Assembly: GCA_964547875.1 (NCBI GenBank)
Contig: CAZJPE010000005.1
Span: 27,543 to 91,542, forward strand
Direction of reading: 5' to 3'
DNA: 64,000 nt
From: Candidatus Woesearchaeota archaeon
GTDB lineage: Archaea > Nanobdellota > Nanobdellia > Pacearchaeales > GW2011-AR1
Shown here piece by piece: positions 54,293 through 63,834 of the stretch. The translations under genes were made by a program, and so were the position numbers. A model generated the notes under the pieces. That model did no database searches. It was not told the origin of the DNA and saw only the letters and a list, made by a program, of their open reading frames with translations. The first letter of the stretch is position 1. The number at the start of each line of letters is the position of its first letter.

Positions 54293-57200
54293 TTATATAG
54301 GGTTTAAGTTAAATATTTCCAATTTATTTAGACTCATATTAATAGATCTTGTTTGTTCTATAAAACCAGATTTACTCACATTAATTGTATAATTTGAGAG
54401 AAAGAATTTTCCGGTAACATTCCTTTTGTACTCAGCAAGATGCTCTCTAGCGATACCTCCATTTATATCGGTTATAACATTAAACCATGAAAGACCATTC
54501 TTATCAGATGCGGATACATTAGCACTAGCAATTGGATTACCAGAAGAATCATTCACCTGCACATTCAAATACCATGCAAAATAAAAAAATGAATTGCTTG
54601 CGTTCCAGGAAAAAATATTATTTTTAAGAGTTGTATTGACAAGAGTTGCATTGTTTCTATTATTTGTAAAATACAGTTCATAATCAGACCCAGAAGATGC
54701 TCCAGAGCCAATAAACGAATCGTATACAATGACGCTACCATTTTCACCTGAGAAATAGATAATTGGATCATTTCCACCTCCTGCTGTAAGATTAGAATTG
54801 TAAACTGTTGAACTATTCCCAGATAAATCTAAAGATATAACAGTTCCAGAACTACTGCTAGCATAAGTTATTATGTCTCTTAATGTGAAATTATTTGCAT
54901 TAACGTCTATTCCTGTACCGCCTAAGCCAGCCGTATTATAAGTAATAATTCTTGGAGAACCCCCAAACAAGGTTATATTGTCTGCAGATATAGTAAAGCA
55001 AGTTCCTGTAGATGATATATTTGGACCAAGAGAATAAACTACATTTGCTCCATTTAGAGTGGCACAAGATGTAATCCCTCCTAATGTAAATACCTCATCT
55101 CTATTTGATGTAATGTTAATACTTCTAATTAAAGTTGGATAACCTAATTTAGAAACATTAAATGTGTAGTTATTCTGATTTCTCGTTACAGAAGAATTCC
55201 TCCAATACTGAAGAATTTCCTGTCTTGAAATTCTGCCATTAGCATTTGTTAATTGAGAGAAAGCAATTGCTCCAGATACATTTTTTGCTGTAACATTTGC
55301 ATTTTCAATAGAATTTCCAATGGCATTATTGACTTGTGCATCAAAGTACCAATAGACATTTGCTCTTGCTGTAGAACTTGAATCAAAAGCTGGTCCTGAA
55401 GTATCCGTAAGCGTTACATTCTTAAAGTTTACAATTCCTGAAGAAGGATAACTGAAGTAAACATCGTTTGTTGTAGAGGCATTAATAAAAGAATCATAAA
55501 ACATGTTACCATCAACAGATTCTACAAAATAAATCCCCTCCGAATTGATATTATTAGCTGTTCTAATCTGATTATTTCTAAACGTATTATTAACACTTGC
55601 CTCAATATAAATTCCTCTTGCGCCATTTGTTGAAGTTGTTATTGTGTTATTGCTTATTATATTGAAATTAGAATTACTTGGAGAAATTCTAATTGCATCT
55701 GCTGATCCAGATGTAATAACACTGTTGTTATTAATAAGATTATAAGAACTTGCATCTAAACGAATGCCATAACTGTTTAATCCAGATGTATTAATTATAT
55801 TATTACTAAACGCGTTATTATTTGCGTTTCTGAAATATACATTATATTTACTTGTTCCGCTAGTGTTTCCTTCTTCAAATATTAAATTCTTTATTATTGT
55901 CTGATTCATTCCGAAAACATAAACTCCATATCCAGAGCTTCCGCCAACACCATATGTAATCTTATATCCTTTTCCATCTAAAGTAATATCATTTGCAGTA
56001 ATCGTGAAGCATGTCCCATTTGATTGAACATTGTTTTGCAATTTATAACTTGTAAAAGAAACATTTAATTCCTGACATGAGGTAATATTAGTTAATAATT
56101 CATTTCTTATCTTAAATGATTTAGACACAGACGAATTTGTGTTTATTCCGTCAGTTGCAAGCACTTTAACCTTGCATTCCTCACACTCTTCCAGTTCAGA
56201 AGAGTTTAATTCCAATTTTGTATCATTAAAGTCTATTTCTAATGTTGTATAATTGCTTCCATTATCAGCACTAAATAATACTGCATATGCTAAAGTATCA
56301 TTATCTACATCAGTTCCATTCCAAGTTACATTAAATATCCTCTTTGTGAAAATCTGCCCTTCAAGATTTGTCGTTATATTTAGTGATGGCGTGTTTGCTG
56401 TGCGGTTTACTTCGTCTAAGATTTTAGTGTTATTCTTTATTAATATTTTAGTTACATTATTAGAAAATGGAAGAACAAATGCAAAGGCACTCACATTAAC
56501 TTCCGTAGTATTTCCTCCAATCTCAGTAACCAAAAATTGTGGTTCAAATTTTAATTCAAAAAGATTAGTGGCATTTTCCTCAACTATTAAAGAAAAATTG
56601 CCTATGGACGATTCATTTTGTATGTATCTCTCATCTAAAATATAAGAATAGTCATCAATTTCTACAGTTCCATTTTTATGAATCGCACCACTTATTAAAA
56701 TGCCAAAATCTACACTTAAGATACTTTCTAAAGAAGAAAAAATATCTAAAAGATGAACATAACTTTCGCTATCAATCCACCTTAAGGTTTCGTTATTTGC
56801 GCTGCCCATCATATTATATAAATTAATTATTCCATTTCCAGAGCTCCAAGGAATTAATTCTCCAAAGGTAGAAGTTGGACATCCTTCTGGATCGCTTAAG
56901 CATATTTGATCTAGAGAGCCATTATTATCCAAATCACCATTAGGGCATACTCCTAATTTTAATTTTTGTGTATGCCATTTATCACTAGAATGCTCGTCAC
57001 ATAAACCTAAAGTATGTCCTATTTCGTGAGCGGCACTATGTCTTACGCCTTCTTCAACTAAAACCGCGTTAGGACCATAAACTAAAAAAGAAATATTTCT
57101 AGAAACACTTATACCCTTGGTTCCATTTCTACCATGATTCGCGAACCAGCCATTAGGCAATATGCCAACTACCCTATCAGTAAATATATTACTTAACTTA

Positions 57201-57529
57201 CGACTTTTATATACATCTCTCAATAAAGGATATATCTCGCTATCATCTAACACAAAACCTATATTTGAATCAAAAATTTCTTCCTTTATTTTAATTAACA
57301 ATTCGCCATTAGCCAAAGGATAAGTAGAATTAATAAATTCTGTATTATTAAACACAGTTTCTGTAAAAGTTGAAGACTTCTCATCAATTGGAACAAAATC
57401 AATTTTGAAAGTCCGAGTATCTATTACATTTATGTTTATGCTACTAGAAATACCACTTACTATTCCCATTAATAAAATCGATATAACGGAAATAATAATT
57501 ATTTCGGCTGGATTATTTTTCTGTAACAT
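54293..57529 (-). CDS. Large secreted zincin metalloprotease with parallel beta-helix repeats and many N-glycosylation sequons.
   Basis: HSAAHEIGHTLGLCDEHS (HExxH). Long runs of NN(x)..SG..I repeats typical of right-handed beta-helix (PbH1). N-terminal TM/signal. Confidence 0.6.
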   Translation of the reverse strand: MLQKNNPAEIIIISVISILLMGIVSGISSSININVIDTRTFKIDFVPIDEKSSTFTETVFNNTEFINSTYPLANGELLIKIKEEIFDSNIGFVLDDSEIYPLLRDVYKSRKLSNIFTDRVVGILPNGWFANHGRNGTKGISVSRNISFLVYGPNAVLVEEGVRHSAAHEIGHTLGLCDEHSSDKWHTQKLKLGVCPNGDLDNNGSLDQICLSDPEGCPTSTFGELIPWSSGNGIINLYNMMGSANNETLRWIDSESYVHLLDIFSSLESILSVDFGILISGAIHKNGTVEIDDYSYILDERYIQNESSIGNFSLIVEENATNLFELKFEPQFLVTEIGGNTTEVNVSAFAFVLPFSNNVTKILIKNNTKILDEVNRTANTPSLNITTNLEGQIFTKRIFNVTWNGTDVDNDTLAYAVLFSADNGSNYTTLEIDFNDTKLELNSSELEECEECKVKVLATDGINTNSSVSKSFKIRNELLTNITSCQELNVSFTSYKLQNNVQSNGTCFTITANDITLDGKGYKITYGVGGSSGYGVYVFGMNQTIIKNLIFEEGNTSGTSKYNVYFRNANNNAFSNNIINTSGLNSYGIRLDASSYNLINNNSVITSGSADAIRISPSNSNFNIISNNTITTSTNGARGIYIEASVNNTFRNNQIRTANNINSEGIYFVESVDGNMFYDSFINASTTNDVYFSYPSSGIVNFKNVTLTDTSGPAFDSSSTARANVYWYFDAQVNNAIGNSIENANVTAKNVSGAIAFSQLTNANGRISRQEILQYWRNSSVTRNQNNYTFNVSKLGYPTLIRSINITSNRDEVFTLGGITSCATLNGANVVYSLGPNISSTGTCFTISADNITLFGGSPRIITYNTAGLGGTGIDVNANNFTLRDIITYASSSSGTVISLDLSGNSSTVYNSNLTAGGGNDPIIYFSGENGSVIVYDSFIGSGASSGSDYELYFTNNRNNATLVNTTLKNNIFSWNASNSFFYFAWYLNVQVNDSSGNPIASANVSASDKNGLSWFNVITDINGGIAREHLAEYKRNVTGKFFLSNYTINVSKSGFIEQTRSINMSLNKLEIFNLNPI

Positions 57530-57824
57530 TTTTTATTCCTCGGAAAATTAACTCCATCAAGGAGAATATTAAATAGAAGATAATTAAAAATATAGCGCCC
57601 AATATTTTTGTATTTTCAATTCCAATTGGAGCGAAATAAGTGCAATTAAAACTTCCACCATCTACTTTAAATTCCTCAATACATTCGCTATACGGCCCTA
57701 AAAATAAAAAAGTAATAAAACTCGCAATTATAGTTAAAATTACCTTCCATATACTTAGTTTAAAAAATTCCTTCCATCCAACTTTCTGACTATTTTCTTT
57801 TTTCATTTTCACACCTCCCTTCAT
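57513..57824 (-). CDS. Small membrane protein (tandem paralog 1).
   Basis: WKEFFKLSIWKVILTIIASFITFLF. Paralogous to the adjacent 57827-58126. Confidence 0.4.
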   Translation of the reverse strand: MKGGVKMKKENSQKVGWKEFFKLSIWKVILTIIASFITFLFLGPYSECIEEFKVDGGSFNCTYFAPIGIENTKILGAIFLIIFYLIFSLMELIFRGIKNVTEK

Positions 57825-57826
57825 AT

Positions 57827-58126
57827 TTATTTTTTAACATTTTTAAAACTCTCCTTCGCAATTAAATATATAATACAAATTGCACAATAGACTAATAATA
57901 TTTCTATTAGATAAGCCAAAAGAGATACTATTAATGAAGTAAATGGCACAATAACCGTATCCCTGCCAGTTATAAAAAAATGTGAACTCCAAAGATAAGG
58001 GAAATATTGTAATGCCTCAAAGAAAAATAAAATCGCTGTTAAAACAATAGTTAAGACTATCTTTTTCAAATTAGGTCTAAAAAATTCCTTCCATCTACTT
58101 TTCTTTAAATCTTTATCTTTCCTCAT
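57827..58126 (-). CDS. Small membrane protein (tandem paralog 2).
   Basis: RWKEFFRPNLKKIVLTIVLTAILFFF. Confidence 0.4.
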   Translation of the reverse strand: MRKDKDLKKSRWKEFFRPNLKKIVLTIVLTAILFFFEALQYFPYLWSSHFFITGRDTVIVPFTSLIVSLLAYLIEILLVYCAICIIYLIAKESFKNVKK

Positions 58127-58159
58127 TTTTACCTCCTTTCATATTTAATTTTTTCATTA

Positions 58160-59224
58160 TCAGATCTCCTTGACAGTTATTTGAATCTCCTTATTGCTCC
58201 CAGCAGTATTAGGAATAAAAAATAAATCAATATTTTTCTCTTGCTCTGAATTAATACTCGCATTTGTAGAAGTTTTCAAAACCCCATCAAAATACAAAGA
58301 AACATTAATATTTCTGTTAACAATGCCTACATTCTTTATTAAAGATCTTAGCAAAGTAGTTTTACCTTTTACCAAATCAACATCTTTTATAACCTGAATT
58401 GGAATAATATCAAGAATTTGCAATCCTGTTGTTGGCAAACGATCCTTCGATCCGGCAAAACCGCTTAGATTATATGGTTCGTCACAAATAAAATCAGAAT
58501 TAGTATCAAAACATCCTTCAGCGTTAGAATCATAACTACTCCAATAGTTTCCTTGCTCAGAAATGTTCCAAGCATTACATAAAGAACACGAATCATCAGA
58601 AACATGGATACTATTATTTATGAAACTGTTAAGCCAAGTAGTTATAAGAGTAACATCTGGATTTTGACCATTTATTCTTATACCTATAGAGTTATTCAAA
58701 AAATTATTTCGGGTTATATTTGTATATCTAGTATCTACGGCTCCGAAAAAATGTATGCCTTTAGCATTATTTTTAAAGAGATTATCAGAGATTGTAGTAA
58801 AATATGCCACAGATCCCATTCTCATACCTTCAGTATTATCTTCAAAAAGATTTGATATTATTTTATTATTCTCCGCTCTTACACCAACATCGTAACCATT
58901 TAACAGAAGCCCACCATAACCAGAGTAATTTTTTATTTGACAGTTCTTTATCGTATTGAAATCATGATCTCCCCATATTTTTATTCCAACTGAAAAAATA
59001 CCGCTTTTATTTCCAATCAAAACAGAATTATTGCAATCAAGAGTTATATAATCTCCCTCTATTTCAATACCGCTAGATAAAGAATAAGTCCCTGTATTAA
59101 AAGTCGTATTTTGAGTAACATCGCAATTGTCAGTAGGTGTTGAACCACATTCAACAGCAAAGCTGTTATCTATAAATCCTAAAAAGATAAATAATGCTAT
59201 AAGTATTAAAATTTTAGCTTTCAT
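58160..59224 (-). CDS. Secreted right-handed beta-helix repeat protein (NosD/pectate-lyase-like fold).
   Basis: Signal MKAKILILIALFIFLGFIDNSFA. Repeats NNKIISNLFEDNTEGMRM / NLFKNNAKGIHFF / NNFLNNSIGIRING. Confidence 0.5.
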   Translation of the reverse strand: MKAKILILIALFIFLGFIDNSFAVECGSTPTDNCDVTQNTTFNTGTYSLSSGIEIEGDYITLDCNNSVLIGNKSGIFSVGIKIWGDHDFNTIKNCQIKNYSGYGGLLLNGYDVGVRAENNKIISNLFEDNTEGMRMGSVAYFTTISDNLFKNNAKGIHFFGAVDTRYTNITRNNFLNNSIGIRINGQNPDVTLITTWLNSFINNSIHVSDDSCSLCNAWNISEQGNYWSSYDSNAEGCFDTNSDFICDEPYNLSGFAGSKDRLPTTGLQILDIIPIQVIKDVDLVKGKTTLLRSLIKNVGIVNRNINVSLYFDGVLKTSTNASINSEQEKNIDLFFIPNTAGSNKEIQITVKEI

Positions 59225-61017
59225 TTACTCATCTCTTTTAACTTTCTCATTGTCTCTTCTAATTCCCCGTCTTCCTTTGACCTTACTCCTCTTGTTGCTC
59301 TCATTGCAGGACCTCTTACAGGCATTCTTGAGCCATATCTCATCATAGGCATCATTCCCTGGAATCCAGGAGGCCTTCTTGCGCTTGCCATTGCACTCTC
59401 ATCCCTTCCTCTTTTCCTAGTATGCCACCAAATTTGCAATTTATGCCTGTATATTATTGCCAAAATAACAATGAGAATTAAAACTATCAATATCACAATC
59501 CATATAGTTGAAATTCCTCCTCCTGCTTCCTCTTCCTTTTCCTTGCAGCACACATCGCCAAAATCAGGGCAGCTTTCGCTTAATTCATCTTCGCTATCAG
59601 AGCAGCTGGTTTTGCATAATCCATCAGCAATAGCGCATAAGTTTGTGCTTGGTATATTTTCACACGCCCCATTAACACAGCAACTGCCGTCTGCAGATTG
59701 CTCTATTGCTCCAGTGCATCTCTGATTTGAAGCGCAGATTAATCCTCTCTTTTCAGCGCAAGTAACATCCTGCACTTTAATTGTACAACAAGAATCTCTG
59801 AAATTCTGGCAGGTAAATCCCTCTAAAACACTTCCCCCTGTAGCTGAGCATTCATTTGCAGCCTCGCAGAAATGCCCTGTTGATTCACACGAGTTAAGTC
59901 CGCCTCCAGGAGAACTGCCTGCTCTCGGCCAGGCAGCATATAAAATAAATCCCGTGTCTCTTATGTTATTATTGTTCCAGCATCCCTCTCTTGTCTGCAC
60001 GCTCAAAAGATAATTCTTTGCGCTTTCAACTTCTCCTGCTCCTGTTCCTGATAATGCAAGCAAAGCAAGTGCGCTGTCATAGAATCTATTATAAGGGCTT
60101 CCTATAATATCCCAATACTGCCCTAATTTCTGCTTTTGCACAATATCAGCGTACATGTCTCCTCCTCCAATTAAAATGAATAAGAAAGCACTTGGAAGAA
60201 AGCGCTGATTATCGTCTGAAAGCGCAACTAAATAAGGCATGTAAGGTGTGGCGTCTTCCTTTGCTTTTCTCAAAGCAAGCGCTGCCCAGAGAGTTCCTTC
60301 ATAATCGCACTTGCCTCCTATTGCAAGGCATTTTGAATTAACTTTTTCATTTGTCGTTCCTAATGATGCGCTGGAATGCGTTTCAGAAGATACAAAAACA
60401 GTGCTTCCTGCCTTTTTCTGATAAACAAGAGTTGTTATAAAATCTTCATCGCACGAAATCTCAAACTCTTTGTCAAGGCACTGTTCTCTGATTCTTAGCC
60501 AGTATCCATCATATCCAATTTCCAGGCAAGAGCCAGGATTTCCCTCTAATTTCATGTCTTCTCTTACGCGTATTTTTGTCTTCTGGGAATCATATCCAAT
60601 ATTGCATTCAGAAGCAACATGATTTTCAATGTCAATCTCTAAATACCATGTCAATTCCTGCGTATTAATTGCTTTTGACAAAAGCCAGTCTTTTACTTCT
60701 TTTGTATTTTTTCCAATTCTGTCATATGCCATTAACGCTTGCGCGCTGTCTTTTATATTACATGTCTTTGGCCAGCAAGATTCTCCAGATTTTTTCTCAC
60801 CTTCTATTTTTTCAGCAAGCTTATTGTTAGAGCCTAAAGCCAAAATTCCAAATACAGCATCTTGCAATGAGAAAGAGCTTTTGTCTTTAATTTGAGTTTC
60901 CAGGCATTGATATGCTTTGTCAACACCTACTTTCTCATCTATGGGAGTTTGCGCATTAACAAAAACAGAAAACAATGCGGTGAGCATAAATAGTAGAATA
61001 ATCTCTCTTTTTTTCAT
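59221..61017 (-). CDS. Cell-surface protein with prenyltransferase/alpha-alpha-toroid-like repeats, Cys-rich stalk, TM anchor and Met/Arg/Pro-rich cytoplasmic tail.
   Basis: MKKREIILLFMLTALFSVFVNAQ. Repeats QDAVFGILALGS / AQALMAYDRIG / GTLWAALALRKA / DSALALLALSGTG. C-terminal CPDFGDVCCKEKEEEAGGGISTIWIVILIVLILIVILAIIYRHK. Confidence 0.5.
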   Translation of the reverse strand: MKKREIILLFMLTALFSVFVNAQTPIDEKVGVDKAYQCLETQIKDKSSFSLQDAVFGILALGSNNKLAEKIEGEKKSGESCWPKTCNIKDSAQALMAYDRIGKNTKEVKDWLLSKAINTQELTWYLEIDIENHVASECNIGYDSQKTKIRVREDMKLEGNPGSCLEIGYDGYWLRIREQCLDKEFEISCDEDFITTLVYQKKAGSTVFVSSETHSSASLGTTNEKVNSKCLAIGGKCDYEGTLWAALALRKAKEDATPYMPYLVALSDDNQRFLPSAFLFILIGGGDMYADIVQKQKLGQYWDIIGSPYNRFYDSALALLALSGTGAGEVESAKNYLLSVQTREGCWNNNNIRDTGFILYAAWPRAGSSPGGGLNSCESTGHFCEAANECSATGGSVLEGFTCQNFRDSCCTIKVQDVTCAEKRGLICASNQRCTGAIEQSADGSCCVNGACENIPSTNLCAIADGLCKTSCSDSEDELSESCPDFGDVCCKEKEEEAGGGISTIWIVILIVLILIVILAIIYRHKLQIWWHTRKRGRDESAMASARRPPGFQGMMPMMRYGSRMPVRGPAMRATRGVRSKEDGELEETMRKLKEMSK

Positions 61018-61051
61018 CTCAATTCTACGAATACATAATTTAAAAACATTC

Positions 61052-62566
61052 TTACTCTGCTTTTCTAAATTTTCTTAAAACTTCTACTATTGGATTCTTC
61101 GCATCCGTCTTTTCATCAAGCAATCCTAAATCTTTATAGAAGCTATTATTGCTATAATTTGGAGGCAGTATCTGCTTTTTCTGCTTCAGATGCCAGTCTA
61201 TCTGGCTTTTTACATATCCTTCTTTCAATGGAGTCTCATTTAATTTATTCCATTCCCTGACTTTCATGTCAATATATTCTGGAGAGAAATTCAGGCTCTT
61301 TAAAAACGTCAATAAAATAAATAATCCTCTCTTCTTTCCATCTTTCAATCCTTTCAATAATTTCTTAATAGGATTAGGAAACATCTCTTCATTCACTCCT
61401 TTTACATCTATTTTTTCATACGAGCTCTTTCTAATTTGCTCTTCTCCTTGCATCCGCATTTTCTTCCATTCTAATGCAGATGCCAATAGCCTTTTTCCTT
61501 CGCCAATTTCATTTTCAGGAAGAAAATCCAAAACTCTAACTCTTAAAGGGCTCGCATCTCTCGCAGGCTCAAATTTTTCAATTTCATTTTCTTTTATTAC
61601 AACACTCGCAAGTGCAGTTTTCTCATGCAATGAATACGGCATCCTGAACAAGTGCCTTGAAGCAACTAAAACTAAATCAAGCATAGCGTGGTTTTCAACT
61701 AATTCTCCTCTTATCTCTCCGAACATTTCATGATATTTATTTGACGAAAGAGGCAATTTTTTGTTGTTGGGGTCTTTGCAGTTATTGCAGTAATAATAAT
61801 CTGCCGAGCTTACAATTTCTAAAATGCCCGCACATTTTTGATTTAAGCATTGCACTCTCCTTTTATTTTTTATGTCTCTTCTTTCAATTTCAAGATTGCA
61901 TATGCTGCATTTCAATTTAGTCAACTCCCCTTTTGAAGCAATATTATCGCAATTCTTGCAGCATATTCTTATTACATCTTTATTTTTCTCCAACTGACTG
62001 AAGCTTGCAATCTTTCCAGCTCTTTTTCTAAATTCAGGCTTAATCTCATTGAAAATAAATTCTGTTATAGCCCTCGGCCATTCTGGAAAAGATTCTCTCA
62101 TCAACTTTCCTTCATATTCTTCTGGAAAAGCCTTTCCAGAAACAATAATATGAAAACCCTTATTCCCGCTGAATTTAATCCCATAATTTTTTATCTCATA
62201 TCTTTTAAATAGTTCTAATATTAATTTAGCTGCTTCTTTAGAGATGTCTAAATATTGCGAGTCTATATCAATAAGCAAGTCCCATCCTTTCCTTAAATTA
62301 TTAAGCTCCCCAATATTCATTTCAGAGCTTATCTGCAGCGGGTCATGCCATATTTCTTCAGAAGAATGAAAGCTGGTTGCCCCATTCCTTACCAATCCGC
62401 CAATGTCAGAATCGTATTGAATTGTATCAGGCCTTTTCCCAAATTGCTCAAAATACTTCGGCACAATCTCCCTGTTCTTGGCAAATTTTAATATCGCCTC
62501 TTGAATCTTAGGATTAGAATAATATATCGCTGTTATCTTCCTTATTCTATCTTCTTTTTCTTCCAT
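61052..62566 (-). CDS. priS: DNA primase small catalytic subunit PriS with an about 150-aa C-terminal helical extension (possible fused PriL/PriX-like domain).
   Basis: LLIDIDSQ (DxD). KFSGNKGFHIIVS (SGxRGxH). Zn-binding Cys cluster CCKNCDN...CSICN...CLNQKC...CNNCKD. 504 aa, against roughly 350-400 for a typical PriS. Confidence 0.65.
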   Translation of the reverse strand: MEEKEDRIRKITAIYYSNPKIQEAILKFAKNREIVPKYFEQFGKRPDTIQYDSDIGGLVRNGATSFHSSEEIWHDPLQISSEMNIGELNNLRKGWDLLIDIDSQYLDISKEAAKLILELFKRYEIKNYGIKFSGNKGFHIIVSGKAFPEEYEGKLMRESFPEWPRAITEFIFNEIKPEFRKRAGKIASFSQLEKNKDVIRICCKNCDNIASKGELTKLKCSICNLEIERRDIKNKRRVQCLNQKCAGILEIVSSADYYYCNNCKDPNNKKLPLSSNKYHEMFGEIRGELVENHAMLDLVLVASRHLFRMPYSLHEKTALASVVIKENEIEKFEPARDASPLRVRVLDFLPENEIGEGKRLLASALEWKKMRMQGEEQIRKSSYEKIDVKGVNEEMFPNPIKKLLKGLKDGKKRGLFILLTFLKSLNFSPEYIDMKVREWNKLNETPLKEGYVKSQIDWHLKQKKQILPPNYSNNSFYKDLGLLDEKTDAKNPIVEVLRKFRKAE

Positions 62567-62679
62567 TTCTTTTACATACCCTTATATATTATAATCTTTA
62601 TTGTCCTCTTAACATACTAGAAATTTATTACCTATCTTAACACAACAATACTTAAAAACAAAAATCTCCCATTAAAACA

Positions 62680-63408
62680 ATGTTATTAAGACTAGAAAAC
62701 CCAAGATTATTTTCTGACATAATCTCAATTATTTCAGAGCTTGTCACAGAAGTAAAAATAAATGTTTCAAAAGAAGGGCTATCTTTGACAGCAGTTGATC
62801 CCGCAAATGTAGCAATGGTTCACTTTAAGATGCCGGTTGATTTATTTTCCGAATATCAATTGGAAAAGCCAGAGGTTTTAGGCCTGAATCTTGACAATCT
62901 AAAAGCTGTTTTAAGAAGATGCAAGCCAGGCAGCGCTCTTACTCTGCAAAAACAGGATAATTTTCTAAAATTAAGCATATTTGACAGGATAAAGCGCGAT
63001 TTTAACCTCGCTCTTTTAGACATTGACGTAGAAGAAAAAGAAATGCCAAACTGGGAGTTTAATTCTGTCATAAAACTGAATTCTGATTCATTAGTTGAAG
63101 TCTTGGAAGACTGCACTGTTGTATCAGACGCCTGCACATTCACAGCAGAGCCATCAAAGCTCATAGTAGAAGCATATGGCTTGCACTCAGCAAGAATAGA
63201 ATTCTCATCAGATGAGGCAGAAATACACTCTGCAAATAGCACTGCAAGATTCTCCCTAGAATATATGAACAAGTTTGCCAAAGGAGCAAAAATCTCAAAC
63301 CGCGCCCAGCTCTCATTTTCAAACAATCACCCTCTTAGGCTGGATTTTCCCACAGGAAATGTAATGCTCTCGTTTGTTCTCGCGCCGAGAATTGAGCAGG
63401 ACGATTAG
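62680..63408 (+). CDS. pcn: DNA polymerase sliding clamp PCNA.
   Basis: 242 aa. LFSDIISIISELVTEVKINVSKEGLSLTAVDPANVAMVHFKMPVDLFSEY is colinear with archaeal PCNA domain 1. Divergent from priS. Confidence 0.85.
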   Translation: MLLRLENPRLFSDIISIISELVTEVKINVSKEGLSLTAVDPANVAMVHFKMPVDLFSEYQLEKPEVLGLNLDNLKAVLRRCKPGSALTLQKQDNFLKLSIFDRIKRDFNLALLDIDVEEKEMPNWEFNSVIKLNSDSLVEVLEDCTVVSDACTFTAEPSKLIVEAYGLHSARIEFSSDEAEIHSANSTARFSLEYMNKFAKGAKISNRAQLSFSNNHPLRLDFPTGNVMLSFVLAPRIEQDD

Positions 63409-63430
63409 ATAAAGGGAGATATAGATTAAA

Positions 63431-63748
63431 ATGACAGATATCGGAAGTCCAATAAAAGAATTTATAGAACAAACAAAGAATCAGGCACTTGCAGGTTTAG
63501 GGGATTGGGAATTTAAAGCACCTATAGAATTAGAATTGAATGCTATTGTTTCTGGCAAGATTGGAGGAGGTATTGATATTAAGGTAATCAATTTCGGATC
63601 TAAAGTTGAGGCTGAACAACAGCAGAAAATTAAGATTTCTATCGGACCAAAAGATGAAGCGGAGCAAGAGGAAAAGAAGGCAAGAATAGAGACGGCAAAA
63701 TATCTTCAAAAAAGACCTCACTTTGCTATACCTAACGCAAACAAATAA
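63431..63748 (+). CDS. Hypothetical protein (105 aa).
   Basis: Clean ORF 22 nt after PCNA. Gly-rich middle, acidic C-terminal half. Confidence 0.35.
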   Translation: MTDIGSPIKEFIEQTKNQALAGLGDWEFKAPIELELNAIVSGKIGGGIDIKVINFGSKVEAEQQQKIKISIGPKDEAEQEEKKARIETAKYLQKRPHFAIPNANK

Positions 63749-63834
63749 CTTTTACACAAGAATTGCTTTATAGACAAAGTCTCTCTTCATATGTATTGTT
63801 AACTTAGAGCTATCTAATTGCCCTATTTATAAAA

